A stretch of DNA of 64,000 nt from Candidatus Poribacteria bacterium (GTDB lineage Bacteria; Poribacteria; WGA-4E; PCPOR2b), in contig JAJEAL010000080.1 of the NCBI GenBank assembly GCA_022822785.1, forward strand, positions 448 to 64,447, given 5' to 3'. This document shows positions 8,043 to 17,271 of this stretch, piece by piece. Under the pieces are notes generated by a model. That model was not told the DNA's origin. It saw only the letters and a list, made by a program, of their open reading frames with translations, and did no database searches. Each line of letters starts with the position of its first letter. Within the stretch, counting starts at the first letter, position 1. Position numbers and translations under genes: made by a program.

Positions 8043-10586
8043 TTGAGTTGTACGCCTATGACACAGATCAAACATTTCACGGAAATTGACGATGCTGACC
8101 TGCCGCTGGTCGGTGGTAAAGGGTTAAATCTCGGCAAGTTGACAAGGGCGGGGTTTCTTGTGCCGCCCGGCTTCTGTCTGACAACCGACGCCTATCGCGG
8201 CGCTATTGAAACAATCAAGACGCACAGCAGCGAAACGGTCCAAACCGTTACGCTGCCGGAGTCGCTCCAAGCGGAAGTCTTAACGGCTTATAACCGGTTA
8301 GGGGCAGGTAGAGTTGCGGTGCGTTCCTCTGCTACGGCAGAGGATCTTCCCGATGCCAGTTTTGCCGGCCAACAGGATTCGTTCTTAAATGTAGATGGAG
8401 ACGCTGAACTGTTGGACAAGATTAAGTTGTGCTGGGCATCGCTATGGTCGGATCGTGCGATTGCTTACCGCCGTGACCACGGTATTGAGGAGACACAGCT
8501 GGCGATGGCGGTTGTTGTGCAGGTGATGATCGATGCTGAGGTTTCCGGTGTTATGTTTACCCGCAGCCCCACAGGAGGTGATGAACTCGTCATTGAATCA
8601 AACTGGGGGTTAGGTGAGTCCGTTGTGTCTGGCGAAGTTACGCCTGACCATTTTACGGTCTCACGCGAAACCGGTGCAGTTATCCGCGAGACTGTAGTTA
8701 CCAAGCGGAGGATGGTTGCACTCGAGGGAATGCAAACTGTACCAATCGGTCAAAGGGAGATTCCCAGTTTACAGCGTGGACGGATTGCCGAACTCAGCAA
8801 GATTGGTATGCGGGTGGAAGCGCTCTATAGCGCACCCCAAGACATCGAATGGGCGTACGCCGACGAGCAATTCCACTGCCTTCAGACACGTCCGATAACA
8901 ACGCTCACGGACGCAGCAGAGATTGAGCGGTTACGCCGTCAGGAAATTGAGACGCTCCAGCGGCGAGCTGATGAAGGCGGAACCGTGTGGAGTCGATACA
9001 ATCTGTCCGAGGTCCTACCCGCTCCGCTCCCCATGACCTGGGCAATCATGCAGGAATTTATGTCGGGACGAGGAGGATTTGGATTGACCTGCCGTGAGTT
9101 AGGATTCCTGCCTAGCCGTAGGTTCGATGAAGAGGGTATGCTAGATTTAATCTGTGGACGGCTCTACTTCAACTTAAGTCGGGAAGTGGAATTTAATTTC
9201 CATGGATTTCTGTTTGAACACGATTTTCAGCAGCTCAAGCGTGACCCACATAAGGCAATCTATCCGCAACCGACTCCAAACATCAAACGCAGTAACACCC
9301 TATTTTGGCTTAAGTTTCCTTACTATATCGTTAAAGCAATTACCGCTGAACTGAAACATCACAAAATTCGCAAAGATCTGGATCAGGTTCTGTTAAAAGA
9401 AATCTTTCCAACCTTCAAAGAATATGTCCAGGCTCAGAAACAGATTGCGCTTGAAAAATTGCCGGACGAACAGGTGATTGACAAATTCCGTGAGTGGCGC
9501 GAGAAAACGCTTAATGATTTTGCTAAGGAAGCGCTCAAGGCAACAGTGTTCGCACATTATGCTTATCAGCAGCTCGAAACTGTCCTGCAACACTGTTTTG
9601 GTGAAACTGAAGCAAGAGATCTCGCTAGATTGTTAATCACAGGGTTGGACGACGACCTGACTGTTGATGCTAATCTGAAAATGTGGGCCGTCGCACACGG
9701 GGAGCTCCCACTAGAAGATTTCTTGGGTAAGCATGGACATCGTTCCGTTGGTGAATTTGAGCTGGCACAGCCACGCTGGTGTGAAGATCCATCCTACGTT
9801 GAGCAGATTATCGCATCATTCCGCGCCAATCCTGATGCTAATCCGACGAAGCACCTGCAAGCTCAAGAGGCAGAGCGCGCGAAGGCAAGAAATAGATTAG
9901 CAAAATTGCCGACAAAAAAGGCAGCTGCATTTCGGAAAAAGATTGATAGCGCGCTTGAACTTACACAGCGGTACATGCCCTTTCGAGAGGCAGCAAAATT
10001 CTATCTCATGCTCGGTTACCAGCTGATTCGAAAGGCTTTATCGGAACTCGATCGACGCTACCAGCTTGATGGAGGCACCTTCTATCTAGTGCCCGATGAG
10101 TTGGCCCGGTTGATCCAGGGGGAAGACCTCCAACCGACAATCGCGGAGCGTAGAACAACACGAGCTCGGCTCTTAAAAATTGAACTGCCTAATGTCATCT
10201 ACAGCGATATCCTCAACCGTATTGGTGAACCTGAGGCGATTGAAGCGAAAGATGAGATACAAGGACTTGGGGTGTCAATTGGTGTTACCACCGGCGAGGC
10301 GTATGTACTACGAGATGTAACCGAGGCACAGATTGCTGGTAAAAATTATATCTTGGTCTGCCCGTCAACAGATCCGGGATGGACGCCGCTCTTCCTCCAC
10401 GCTGCTGGACTCGTGATGGAGTATGGAGGAATGCTGTCACACGGTGCTGTTGTTGCACGGGAATATGGTATCCCTGCAGTCGTTAATATTACCGCTGCAA
10501 CGCAACGCATCCAATCCGGGCAGCGGCTGCACGTTGACGGTGCACGAGGGGTCGTCTCAATTTTGACTGATGAATCTGTACCCTGA
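8043..10586 (+). CDS. PEP-utilising enzyme with rifampicin-phosphotransferase (RPH)-like architecture: N-terminal PPDK_N ATP-grasp, long central domain, C-terminal phosphohistidine swivel domain
   Basis: N-terminus LPLVGGKGLNLGKLTRAGFLVPPGFCLTTDAY (PPDK_N). C-terminus LVCPSTDPGWTPLFLHAAGLVMEYGGMLSHGAVVAREYGIPAVV (PEP-utilisers mobile domain). 847 aa with no TIM-barrel PEP-binding domain. Confidence 0.7.
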   Translation: MSCTPMTQIKHFTEIDDADLPLVGGKGLNLGKLTRAGFLVPPGFCLTTDAYRGAIETIKTHSSETVQTVTLPESLQAEVLTAYNRLGAGRVAVRSSATAEDLPDASFAGQQDSFLNVDGDAELLDKIKLCWASLWSDRAIAYRRDHGIEETQLAMAVVVQVMIDAEVSGVMFTRSPTGGDELVIESNWGLGESVVSGEVTPDHFTVSRETGAVIRETVVTKRRMVALEGMQTVPIGQREIPSLQRGRIAELSKIGMRVEALYSAPQDIEWAYADEQFHCLQTRPITTLTDAAEIERLRRQEIETLQRRADEGGTVWSRYNLSEVLPAPLPMTWAIMQEFMSGRGGFGLTCRELGFLPSRRFDEEGMLDLICGRLYFNLSREVEFNFHGFLFEHDFQQLKRDPHKAIYPQPTPNIKRSNTLFWLKFPYYIVKAITAELKHHKIRKDLDQVLLKEIFPTFKEYVQAQKQIALEKLPDEQVIDKFREWREKTLNDFAKEALKATVFAHYAYQQLETVLQHCFGETEARDLARLLITGLDDDLTVDANLKMWAVAHGELPLEDFLGKHGHRSVGEFELAQPRWCEDPSYVEQIIASFRANPDANPTKHLQAQEAERAKARNRLAKLPTKKAAAFRKKIDSALELTQRYMPFREAAKFYLMLGYQLIRKALSELDRRYQLDGGTFYLVPDELARLIQGEDLQPTIAERRTTRARLLKIELPNVIYSDILNRIGEPEAIEAKDEIQGLGVSIGVTTGEAYVLRDVTEAQIAGKNYILVCPSTDPGWTPLFLHAAGLVMEYGGMLSHGAVVAREYGIPAVVNITAATQRIQSGQRLHVDGARGVVSILTDESVP

Positions 10587-10668
10587 TTTTTCCATTTCTA
10601 ATTAATCCTTTTTCAATGATACTAGTCTGTCCCGACAATAAATTTCGATTGATTTACTGCAATCATAC

Positions 10669-10697
10669 TTGACAAACACTGCTAATCAGTGTAAACT
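10669..10697 (+). promoter_or_regulatory. sigma70-type promoter (TTGACA-17 bp-TAAACT) upstream of nadA
   Basis: ttgaca at 10669-10674, a 17-nt spacer, taaact at 10692-10697, about 130 nt before the nadA ATG. Confidence 0.4.
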
Positions 10698-10830
10698 CTA
10701 AAGTAACCCAACAAGCAATAAAGATTTCTCCAATGTTTTGGCGGCACGTCAAAAAGTCCTTTAGCACTAAGAAGCTCATATCAGAAATTCGAGACGGAAG
10801 ATGCTCCGACAGATTCAGGGGTGAAAAGAC

Positions 10831-11940
10831 ATGAATTCCCAACCAACAACACTCCAAGACAATATAGATAATGCAGAGCTCAGCGTTGAAAGTGTAAAAA
10901 AAGAGCTTTATAAAAGAAACCATCCAAGTTTAATGCCAATCGACATAGAAGCTCACGCTGAGACAGTGTATCAGATACTGAAACTCAAGCAGAAACACAA
11001 TGTGGTGATACTCGGCCATAATTACATGGAACCCCTCGTATTTGGCTTATCAACGAAAAGTGAGCAGGGCGATTCACTTGGATTAAGCATGTATGCCGCA
11101 AAGACCGATGCGCCATATATCCTCTTCAATGGGGTACCGTTCATGGCAGAAACTGCCAAAATCCTCAATCCTTCAAAAACCGTTCTCGCTGCTGATAAAA
11201 CTGCAGGCTGCTCTTTGGCGGATAATTTTGGGGCTGAGGAGGTGAGGAAGTTGAAAGCACTTTATCCAGGGATGCCTGTCATGATTTATATCAATAGCTA
11301 CGCTGATGCGAAGGCGGAATCGGATATTTGTTGCACCTCCGCCAATGCCGCCCAAATTGCCCGAGAAATGCCGGGGGATGAGATTCTTTTTGTCCCCGAT
11401 ATTTTCTTCGCAGAGAATTTGGAGGAAGAACTTAAAGGGACGAAAACTGTTATCTATCCTGGGAAAGGAAACCAAGAGAGGGGCGCGGTGTGTGAGGTGC
11501 ATGAAAAATTCCTGCTCTCGGACCTTTTAGCAATACGTGAGTCGTTTGACATCCCTAAAGGTCACTCCAAGCGAATACTTTATGCACACTGGGAATGTCG
11601 GCCTGAGGTGCTTCAGGAAGCCGATTTTTATGGTAGCACCAGCCAGATTGGGCAGGACATCGCGAAAAGGGTAGAGGAAAATCGGCTAGAACGCGCTTTT
11701 GTCGCTTCAGAATGTGAGTTGACTTCCAACTTGGCCCAAGAGTTTCCGACTGTGCAATTCTCGACCGCTTGTTCTGTAAGGTGTTCACATATGGCGAAAG
11801 TCACGCTTAGTAAGGTGCTTAATGTCTTGCAGACACTAGATAAAGGTGACGACTTGAGCCCTCACGAGGTCACGCTTACGCCCGATATTATCGAACGCGC
11901 AAGAACACCAATTGAACGGATGCTCGAGATGAGCGCGTAG
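10831..11940 (+). CDS. nadA: quinolinate synthase NadA
   Basis: VVILGHNYMEP ... ETAKILNP ... CSLADNF ... YINSYADAKAESDICCTSANA, a three-repeat NadA fold. 369 aa. Confidence 0.85.
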   Translation: MNSQPTTLQDNIDNAELSVESVKKELYKRNHPSLMPIDIEAHAETVYQILKLKQKHNVVILGHNYMEPLVFGLSTKSEQGDSLGLSMYAAKTDAPYILFNGVPFMAETAKILNPSKTVLAADKTAGCSLADNFGAEEVRKLKALYPGMPVMIYINSYADAKAESDICCTSANAAQIAREMPGDEILFVPDIFFAENLEEELKGTKTVIYPGKGNQERGAVCEVHEKFLLSDLLAIRESFDIPKGHSKRILYAHWECRPEVLQEADFYGSTSQIGQDIAKRVEENRLERAFVASECELTSNLAQEFPTVQFSTACSVRCSHMAKVTLSKVLNVLQTLDKGDDLSPHEVTLTPDIIERARTPIERMLEMSA

Positions 11941-12007
11941 AACACGAAATATAGGGCTCCTCACTATGCGAAACTGCACACCCTCTGAATCTGAAAGCAC
12001 CATGAAT

Positions 12008-12041
12008 AAAAAAGGCTCCCATGAATTTGGGAGCCTTTTTT
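12008..12041. terminator. bidirectional Rho-independent terminator between nadA and csp
   Basis: aaaaaa-ggctccc-atgaattt-gggagcc-tttttt: a 7-bp GC-rich stem flanked by an A-run and a T-run. It lies between the convergent nadA (+) and csp (-) genes. Confidence 0.8.
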
Positions 12042-12084
12042 AATTTAGATAACTGTATACTTAGTCGAATTCGATCGGGTAACC

Positions 12085-12285
12085 CTAAAGTTTTACTACG
12101 TTTTCTGCCTGATAGCCTTTGGGACCTTGCACAATGTCAAACTCGACCTCTTGTCCTTCATCGAGCGATTTGAAGCCATCTCCCTCGATCCCTGAATAAT
12201 GTATAAACACATCTTCCCCTGAATCGGTGGTTATGAACCCGTACCCCTTCTGATCACTAAACCATTTTACACGGCCTATTGCCAT
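12085..12285 (-). CDS. csp: cold-shock protein (CspA family, S1-like cold-shock domain)
   Basis: [33 protein letters not shown], 66 aa. The strong RBS aaaggagg lies upstream. Confidence 0.92.
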   Translation of the reverse strand: MAIGRVKWFSDQKGYGFITTDSGEDVFIHYSGIEGDGFKSLDEGQEVEFDIVQGPKGYQAENVVKL

Positions 12286-12532
12286 ATTTTTGCACCTCCT
12301 TTCACTTCAAAATATCTAACTGCAAACGTCTCATGAAGCTGAAAGAAGCATAGAAGTGCAAAATGATAGCAAATCTGAGGAAGACGCTTCAGTTTTGCCC
12401 TTCACACAACTTGTAAAGCTTTCTTGAATCCATTGTACAGTTGCATCTATATTATACTTAGCGTTTGATTCAAATGCAAGAATTAAAGGTGATCGCCAAT
12501 CCATGTTTCAACTGCCGTAACCGCTTGCCAGT

Positions 12533-12757
12533 TCAACGTTTGTCGTGCTGCTGGATGTATAGGTCCGTAAGATATTCCTTCATTTCATCCACACTCTTTT
12601 GAAGTGCGTTGAGATCTGCTTGAATCTGTGTAAGTGCCTCCGGACTGGCTTGGGTTCTCTTCTCGAATTCATATCGCTTTTTGACTATATCGCTGATGTT
12701 ATTAATCGCTACAAGGGCAATGATAAAAATACCTACAAATACCATGAACTCCGGCAT
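12533..12757 (-). CDS. small single-pass membrane protein with a C-terminal coiled coil (PspB-like size and topology; function unknown)
   Basis: 74 aa. TM helix FMVFVGIFIIALVAI, then a charged linker and a heptad-like segment. The RBS aaaggagg sits 7 nt upstream of the ATG. Confidence 0.55.
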   Translation of the reverse strand: MPEFMVFVGIFIIALVAINNISDIVKKRYEFEKRTQASPEALTQIQADLNALQKSVDEMKEYLTDLYIQQHDKR

Positions 12758-13189
12758 TTTCAGACCTCCTTTATTTATACTGTCAGATCGTTGGAATAGT
12801 GCCGTTCAGTCATCGTTAAATTCCACTAATTGTCTAGGACGGATATCTTTCCCCATCCATGGCGCTAGTGGCACAGCGCTGGTGTAGGTCCACGATTCTC
12901 GGAAGAAGTTGGGTTAAGCGATAGCGAACCTGAAGGCTCAAATTTTAAGCGATTTTATAGAACCAAGGCACTCATGGACCAACCCTAGCGAGCGAGATGT
13001 ATGTCGTACCCTAACGCAACTTAGATTATAAGTGAGATACAAGATTTTTGCCGTTCTCGAAATAATTGAGACAAGCTAGGGTGGATCGGCAGAAATCTCT
13101 TGACTGCTAAAGTAAGGTCCCGACTAAATCGACAGGAACTTACCGCCTGATTCAATAAAAATATGCTGCTCAACTGTAATGTAAACATT

Positions 13190-14614
13190 TCATATTCTGT
13201 TCCTTGCTAGCCTTCTGGTATCTGGTTTTGTACAAAGCTCATATACGAGTTGTTCTAAAATGCACTCTGGATCTAATTGACTACTCTTGAGTTGTACATC
13301 CACCGCCAGTGTTTGCTCCAATCCGTGAATTAGCTCTTCTGTGCTAAAAAAAGGAATTGCTTGGATAACTTTATAGGCAGCATAAGGATTTTGTTTTAGC
13401 AGGTTGACTTGTGCTGTATTGGGTAGGCGATTGGACATTTTTGCGGCAAGCGGCTTGAAGACAGTATCTGCGAAGCTCTGGTAGCTTATTCGATCCACTG
13501 TCGGTTTTAACCCTCCCTGCTCTACGAGCAGTTTCGCTTGAAGTGTAAGTCTGATTTGCCGAGCGATGAGCGCGTTGACTTTAATCGGTGGTTCACCGCT
13601 TTCTAGCACGCTGTGGAGGCTGGACAACGCTTGTGAAACTGACCGTCTTCCAAGAGCATCTGTAAGTGCGAAAATATTGTCAAAACTGCTTTGGGCGATG
13701 ATAGTTTCGATATCTCGTTCGTCGATCCGTGTCTTTTCCCCAACAAAAGCGATTATCTTCTCGATTGCTTCAGCAATCAAGTGCATATCGTTTCCTGTCC
13801 GCTTCTGTAAAAGATTAAAGGCACTCGGCGAAATCCGCTTTCCAAATGTTTCCAATTTCCGCGATACGCCTTGGTAAATCCGATCTTGCTGATTCGACCT
13901 GCCGGGCTCTAACGGAGCAAATGAAACATATCTACCGACCCGACCAATCAATCTGACAAGGCGACTTCGACCATCAACGTTCCCTTTGACGGTAAAGATC
14001 AAAACGCTCGTTTTTGGCAATTCATCATCTAGCCACTCACTTAAGATTTCGGTATCGTCAGCTGCACCGGATATATGTTCGTAATCGTCAACTTGTGCAG
14101 TAATTTGTGGCAAGTTGTGGAGAAATTCGAGATCTTCGGGGCTCAAACCAGTCTCATTTTCCTCAACAAACTCGCTGACGGCAGCTCTAAAATCGTTATT
14201 CTCATCGACGATATCCTGTGCCGAAACCCCTAAAACTTTGGTCATCAACGCGATTGCCTTCCGTGGATTGCCCTCTTCGACAGCTTCAACAGCACTCTCT
14301 ATTATCTCCGGCGATGATGGTCCCTTCTGCCGCTTAAATACGGTTGCCTCGCTCACAACAACAACGCGCCAATCTGCCATCACCGGGTAGACTTCCACGG
14401 CACTGAGTATCTCACGAACGGACACCTCCGCACCATCAAGATGAGTTAGGTTAAAATCACGGGTCTCCGGTGACAGCAGGTTTTCAAGCACCTGCTTAAG
14501 TGTGCTCTCGACCAGAAACTGCTCTTCGCCGCACAGTAGGTAGACAGGACGAACCTTACCAGCTTGAATTTCCTTAACAATATTTGGTGTTGAAGATTGT
14601 GTTGATTGTCTCAT
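13190..14614 (-). CDS. holA: DNA polymerase III delta subunit HolA with a roughly 130-aa acidic insertion
   Basis: VRPVYLLCGEEQFLVE near the N-terminus, ISPSAFNLLQKRTGNDMHLIAEAIEKI in the middle, NIFALTDAL near the C-terminus. An extra acidic segment (EEGNPRK ... DDELPKT) separates the conserved blocks. The start is chosen at the internal Met (MRQSTQ); the ORF track runs to 14728. Confidence 0.6.
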   Translation of the reverse strand: MRQSTQSSTPNIVKEIQAGKVRPVYLLCGEEQFLVESTLKQVLENLLSPETRDFNLTHLDGAEVSVREILSAVEVYPVMADWRVVVVSEATVFKRQKGPSSPEIIESAVEAVEEGNPRKAIALMTKVLGVSAQDIVDENNDFRAAVSEFVEENETGLSPEDLEFLHNLPQITAQVDDYEHISGAADDTEILSEWLDDELPKTSVLIFTVKGNVDGRSRLVRLIGRVGRYVSFAPLEPGRSNQQDRIYQGVSRKLETFGKRISPSAFNLLQKRTGNDMHLIAEAIEKIIAFVGEKTRIDERDIETIIAQSSFDNIFALTDALGRRSVSQALSSLHSVLESGEPPIKVNALIARQIRLTLQAKLLVEQGGLKPTVDRISYQSFADTVFKPLAAKMSNRLPNTAQVNLLKQNPYAAYKVIQAIPFFSTEELIHGLEQTLAVDVQLKSSQLDPECILEQLVYELCTKPDTRRLARNRI

Positions 14615-14748
14615 GGATATGTAGATTAACGCTTTGCAGGATGGAGGCTGATTGAATGGTAAGGCGCTATCGGGAGGATCAACTCGGCATTGACTTTGAA
14701 TCCCGGTTACCTCCGAGTAAGTTGGCAAATGTCATAACCTAATGGGCA

Positions 14749-15651
14749 CTACCTCACACGGTCGGGAAATCGTAGAAACCGCTTTGCATTCTCACCCATG
14801 ATGTCATTGTACTCATCGTCGCGTAAATCTGGTAGTAGCTCCTTGAGGATACCGGTGAGTTTGCCGTAACCGGGGTCTTCCAAAATCCACGGAAAATCAG
14901 TCGCCCACATCAGACGCTTAGCCCCATAGTGATCAAGTATCCGCTGATGCCATCGGGCGAGATCTCGGTAGGGGTATTCTTCATTGCTGAAGGCATATTG
15001 ACCTGATATATGCATCATCACGTTTTCAAAACAGTTGAGACGATGAGTCGTGTGAAAAGCCGGATTATACTCCGCTGCTTCAATCCGTGGGCGTCCTTTT
15101 GCATCCCAAGAAAACTTCCCTTTGCCGGGGCAGATACCGAGATGGTTCAAAACGACCCGGACTTGAGGAAAGGCCTCCATCAGATAGGGAAGTAGATGTG
15201 CATCGACCGCGCGAGGATATAGCCAGAGTACATAGTCTTCCGCTGCGGCATGTTCCCAAACAGGGTAGGCCTTGATTTCTTTAACGTTGATTCGATTAAA
15301 CGGATCTCTTGGACCCCCAATTGACGAAAGCCGAAAACCGATAATCCCAGTCCCGTCTGTTAGCCTGTCCATGTGATCCGCCGGCTCGGAAAGATCGGGC
15401 GGTATAAGTCCAATCCCTAGGAAGCGGTCAGGATACGTTTTCAAACAGTGTAACAGGTAGGCGTGATGTTCGATACCGGTGCCGCCGGTCTGCACGAGCA
15501 TCGCTTGATCAATGCCGTTGGCTTCCATTTCGTTTAGTAGTTTTTCGGCGGTTTCTTCCCGATCAGGGGGACAGACCGGGGTCGGTTCTCTCGGAAATTC
15601 AGCGGAAATCTTGGCGAAGACGTGGAGATGGGAATCTATTCGAGTCATCAT
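14749..15651 (-). CDS. amidohydrolase-2 family (PF04909-like) metal-dependent TIM-barrel hydrolase
   Basis: IDSHLHVF near the N-terminus ... VVLNHLG ... MWATDFPW. The 4-bp ATGA overlap with the upstream PhyH gene suggests translational coupling. Confidence 0.7.
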   Translation of the reverse strand: MMTRIDSHLHVFAKISAEFPREPTPVCPPDREETAEKLLNEMEANGIDQAMLVQTGGTGIEHHAYLLHCLKTYPDRFLGIGLIPPDLSEPADHMDRLTDGTGIIGFRLSSIGGPRDPFNRINVKEIKAYPVWEHAAAEDYVLWLYPRAVDAHLLPYLMEAFPQVRVVLNHLGICPGKGKFSWDAKGRPRIEAAEYNPAFHTTHRLNCFENVMMHISGQYAFSNEEYPYRDLARWHQRILDHYGAKRLMWATDFPWILEDPGYGKLTGILKELLPDLRDDEYNDIMGENAKRFLRFPDRVR

Positions 15652-16364
15652 GCCTCCAAACTAAAAAGCCGGCGCCGTTCCGGCGTCGTGCAGAGGTGAG
15701 CAATAGAGGCAAACCGTTTTGGATCCACGCGATCCGGCGTCCGTTTCTCGTAAATCAAGATGAGTGATTTTCGTGGCGTATCCGTATGGTTGTTCATCGC
15801 GGTATGCCAGCCGTAGGAGTTGAACATGATAGCAGTACCGGCTTCTCCTGCAAATCGTTTGTGACCGGGCATCGCTTCTAGCTGATGCGCTCTAGAGTAA
15901 GGTCCCGCATCAGGTTTGTGGCTCCCGGGTACAAACGCAAAATCGCCTGCTCCTAACTCGACATCGTTCACATAAACTTGGACTTTGATATGCAGCGGAT
16001 TGCTGTGCGGCACATCGGGATGCCAACCGGAATAGCAGACAGGTCCCGGCGGAACAGTGCGTACCTGCGGTCCCAGCAGAATCAGGTCGTCGTCCGTAAA
16101 TGCCATCAGACTGCCGTAATAGCTGGGATGATCAATCATATCCACAAAGATTTCATCTTTTGCAAAGGGATCGGGGATGTCGTAAAACGACGCAGCCATT
16201 TCCCCTGCTTCCACGCGGTCTAACCATGCGGGCTTACACTCCTCAGCCCAATAATCGAAGGCATCTTGGAGCCGTTTCAACTCATTGCCTTGAATCGCGT
16301 TTTCAAAGACAAGGTAACCTTTTTCTTCCCATTGGGCCGTTTGGGCTGCGGTGGGTCTAATCAT
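15648..16364 (-). CDS. phytanoyl-CoA dioxygenase (PhyH) family Fe(II)/2OG oxygenase
   Basis: WEEKGYLVFENAI ... GWHPD ... FVPGSHKP ... GWHTAMNNHTDTPR. 238 aa. Confidence 0.75.
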   Translation of the reverse strand: MIRPTAAQTAQWEEKGYLVFENAIQGNELKRLQDAFDYWAEECKPAWLDRVEAGEMAASFYDIPDPFAKDEIFVDMIDHPSYYGSLMAFTDDDLILLGPQVRTVPPGPVCYSGWHPDVPHSNPLHIKVQVYVNDVELGAGDFAFVPGSHKPDAGPYSRAHQLEAMPGHKRFAGEAGTAIMFNSYGWHTAMNNHTDTPRKSLILIYEKRTPDRVDPKRFASIAHLCTTPERRRLFSLEA

Positions 16365-16426
16365 GGAATACCTCCTATTGCTAGGTTTAGGTCAAAGTAG
16401 CGAGAAGTCCTTATGCTTCTACCTTT

Positions 16427-17200
16427 TCAAAGATTGTTAATCGTTTCCATCTCTTCAGGCGTTAGCTCCCAATCAAACAGGTCAAGATTTTCTATCAAAT
16501 GGGGGTCAGAACTGGCTTTGGGGATGACAATCAAGCCTTTCTGGAGCAGCCATCGCAACGCGACCTGCGCCGCTGTTTTTCCGTGTTTGGCACCAATGCC
16601 TCCTAGAACCGGATCGTCAACAATTTTGCCAACTGCTAGTGGTCGATGAGCGGTCAGGGGGATCTGAAGTGCCTGACAGTGCTGTAACAGATCTTCGTGT
16701 TGACTATGAGCGTGATATTCTACCTGATTGGTGGTGATAGGTGCCTGAGAAATTTCCCGCGCCCGATCCACCTGTTCAATACTAAAGTTGCTGATACCAA
16801 TACTCCTTGTTTTGCCCGCGTCGTGTATTTCGTTGAATGCAGACAGCGTTTCCTCCATCGGCACTGTGCCATCGCCGGGGTGATGGACTAGCAATAGGTC
16901 TACATAATCGGTTTGTAAATCTGCCAGGCATTCATCAAATTGAGAGTGCACCTGATCGTATTTCAGGTGGGTGTGCCAAATCTTAGAGGTAATATAGAGT
17001 TCCTCCCTAACCGCATCAATCTCTCGCAACGCCTCACCAATCTCCTTTTGGTTAGCGTACATCCAAGCCGTGTCGATATGGTTGTAACCCAGTTCCAAGG
17101 CGTTCTTGACCACAGTTTTGCACTGTTCGTCACGCAAGGTCCATGTCCCAAGTCCTAGAACAGGGATGTCATAGCCTGATACAAGTCGGATTGTTTCCAT
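16427..17200 (-). CDS. aldo/keto reductase family oxidoreductase
   Basis: LGLGTWTL ... GYNHIDTAWMYANQKEIG ... LLVHHP ... IGISNFS. 257 aa. Confidence 0.85.
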   Translation of the reverse strand: METIRLVSGYDIPVLGLGTWTLRDEQCKTVVKNALELGYNHIDTAWMYANQKEIGEALREIDAVREELYITSKIWHTHLKYDQVHSQFDECLADLQTDYVDLLLVHHPGDGTVPMEETLSAFNEIHDAGKTRSIGISNFSIEQVDRAREISQAPITTNQVEYHAHSQHEDLLQHCQALQIPLTAHRPLAVGKIVDDPVLGGIGAKHGKTAAQVALRWLLQKGLIVIPKASSDPHLIENLDLFDWELTPEEMETINNL

Positions 17201-17271
17201 TCGTTCTTCCTCGCAGTGTTGGGATCATCTCTACATCACGGTTAGTGATGCCCTCTTTTTCACATATAGCC

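Noticed and set aside
10663-10923. 86-aa minus-strand ORF across the nadA start
   Set aside because: It overlaps the nadA promoter and start, and the Cys- and Phe-rich sequence is not gene-like.
12533-12757. Annotating the 74-aa membrane protein as PspB
   Set aside because: Only length and topology match. No pspA or pspC neighbours and no sequence identity support the name.
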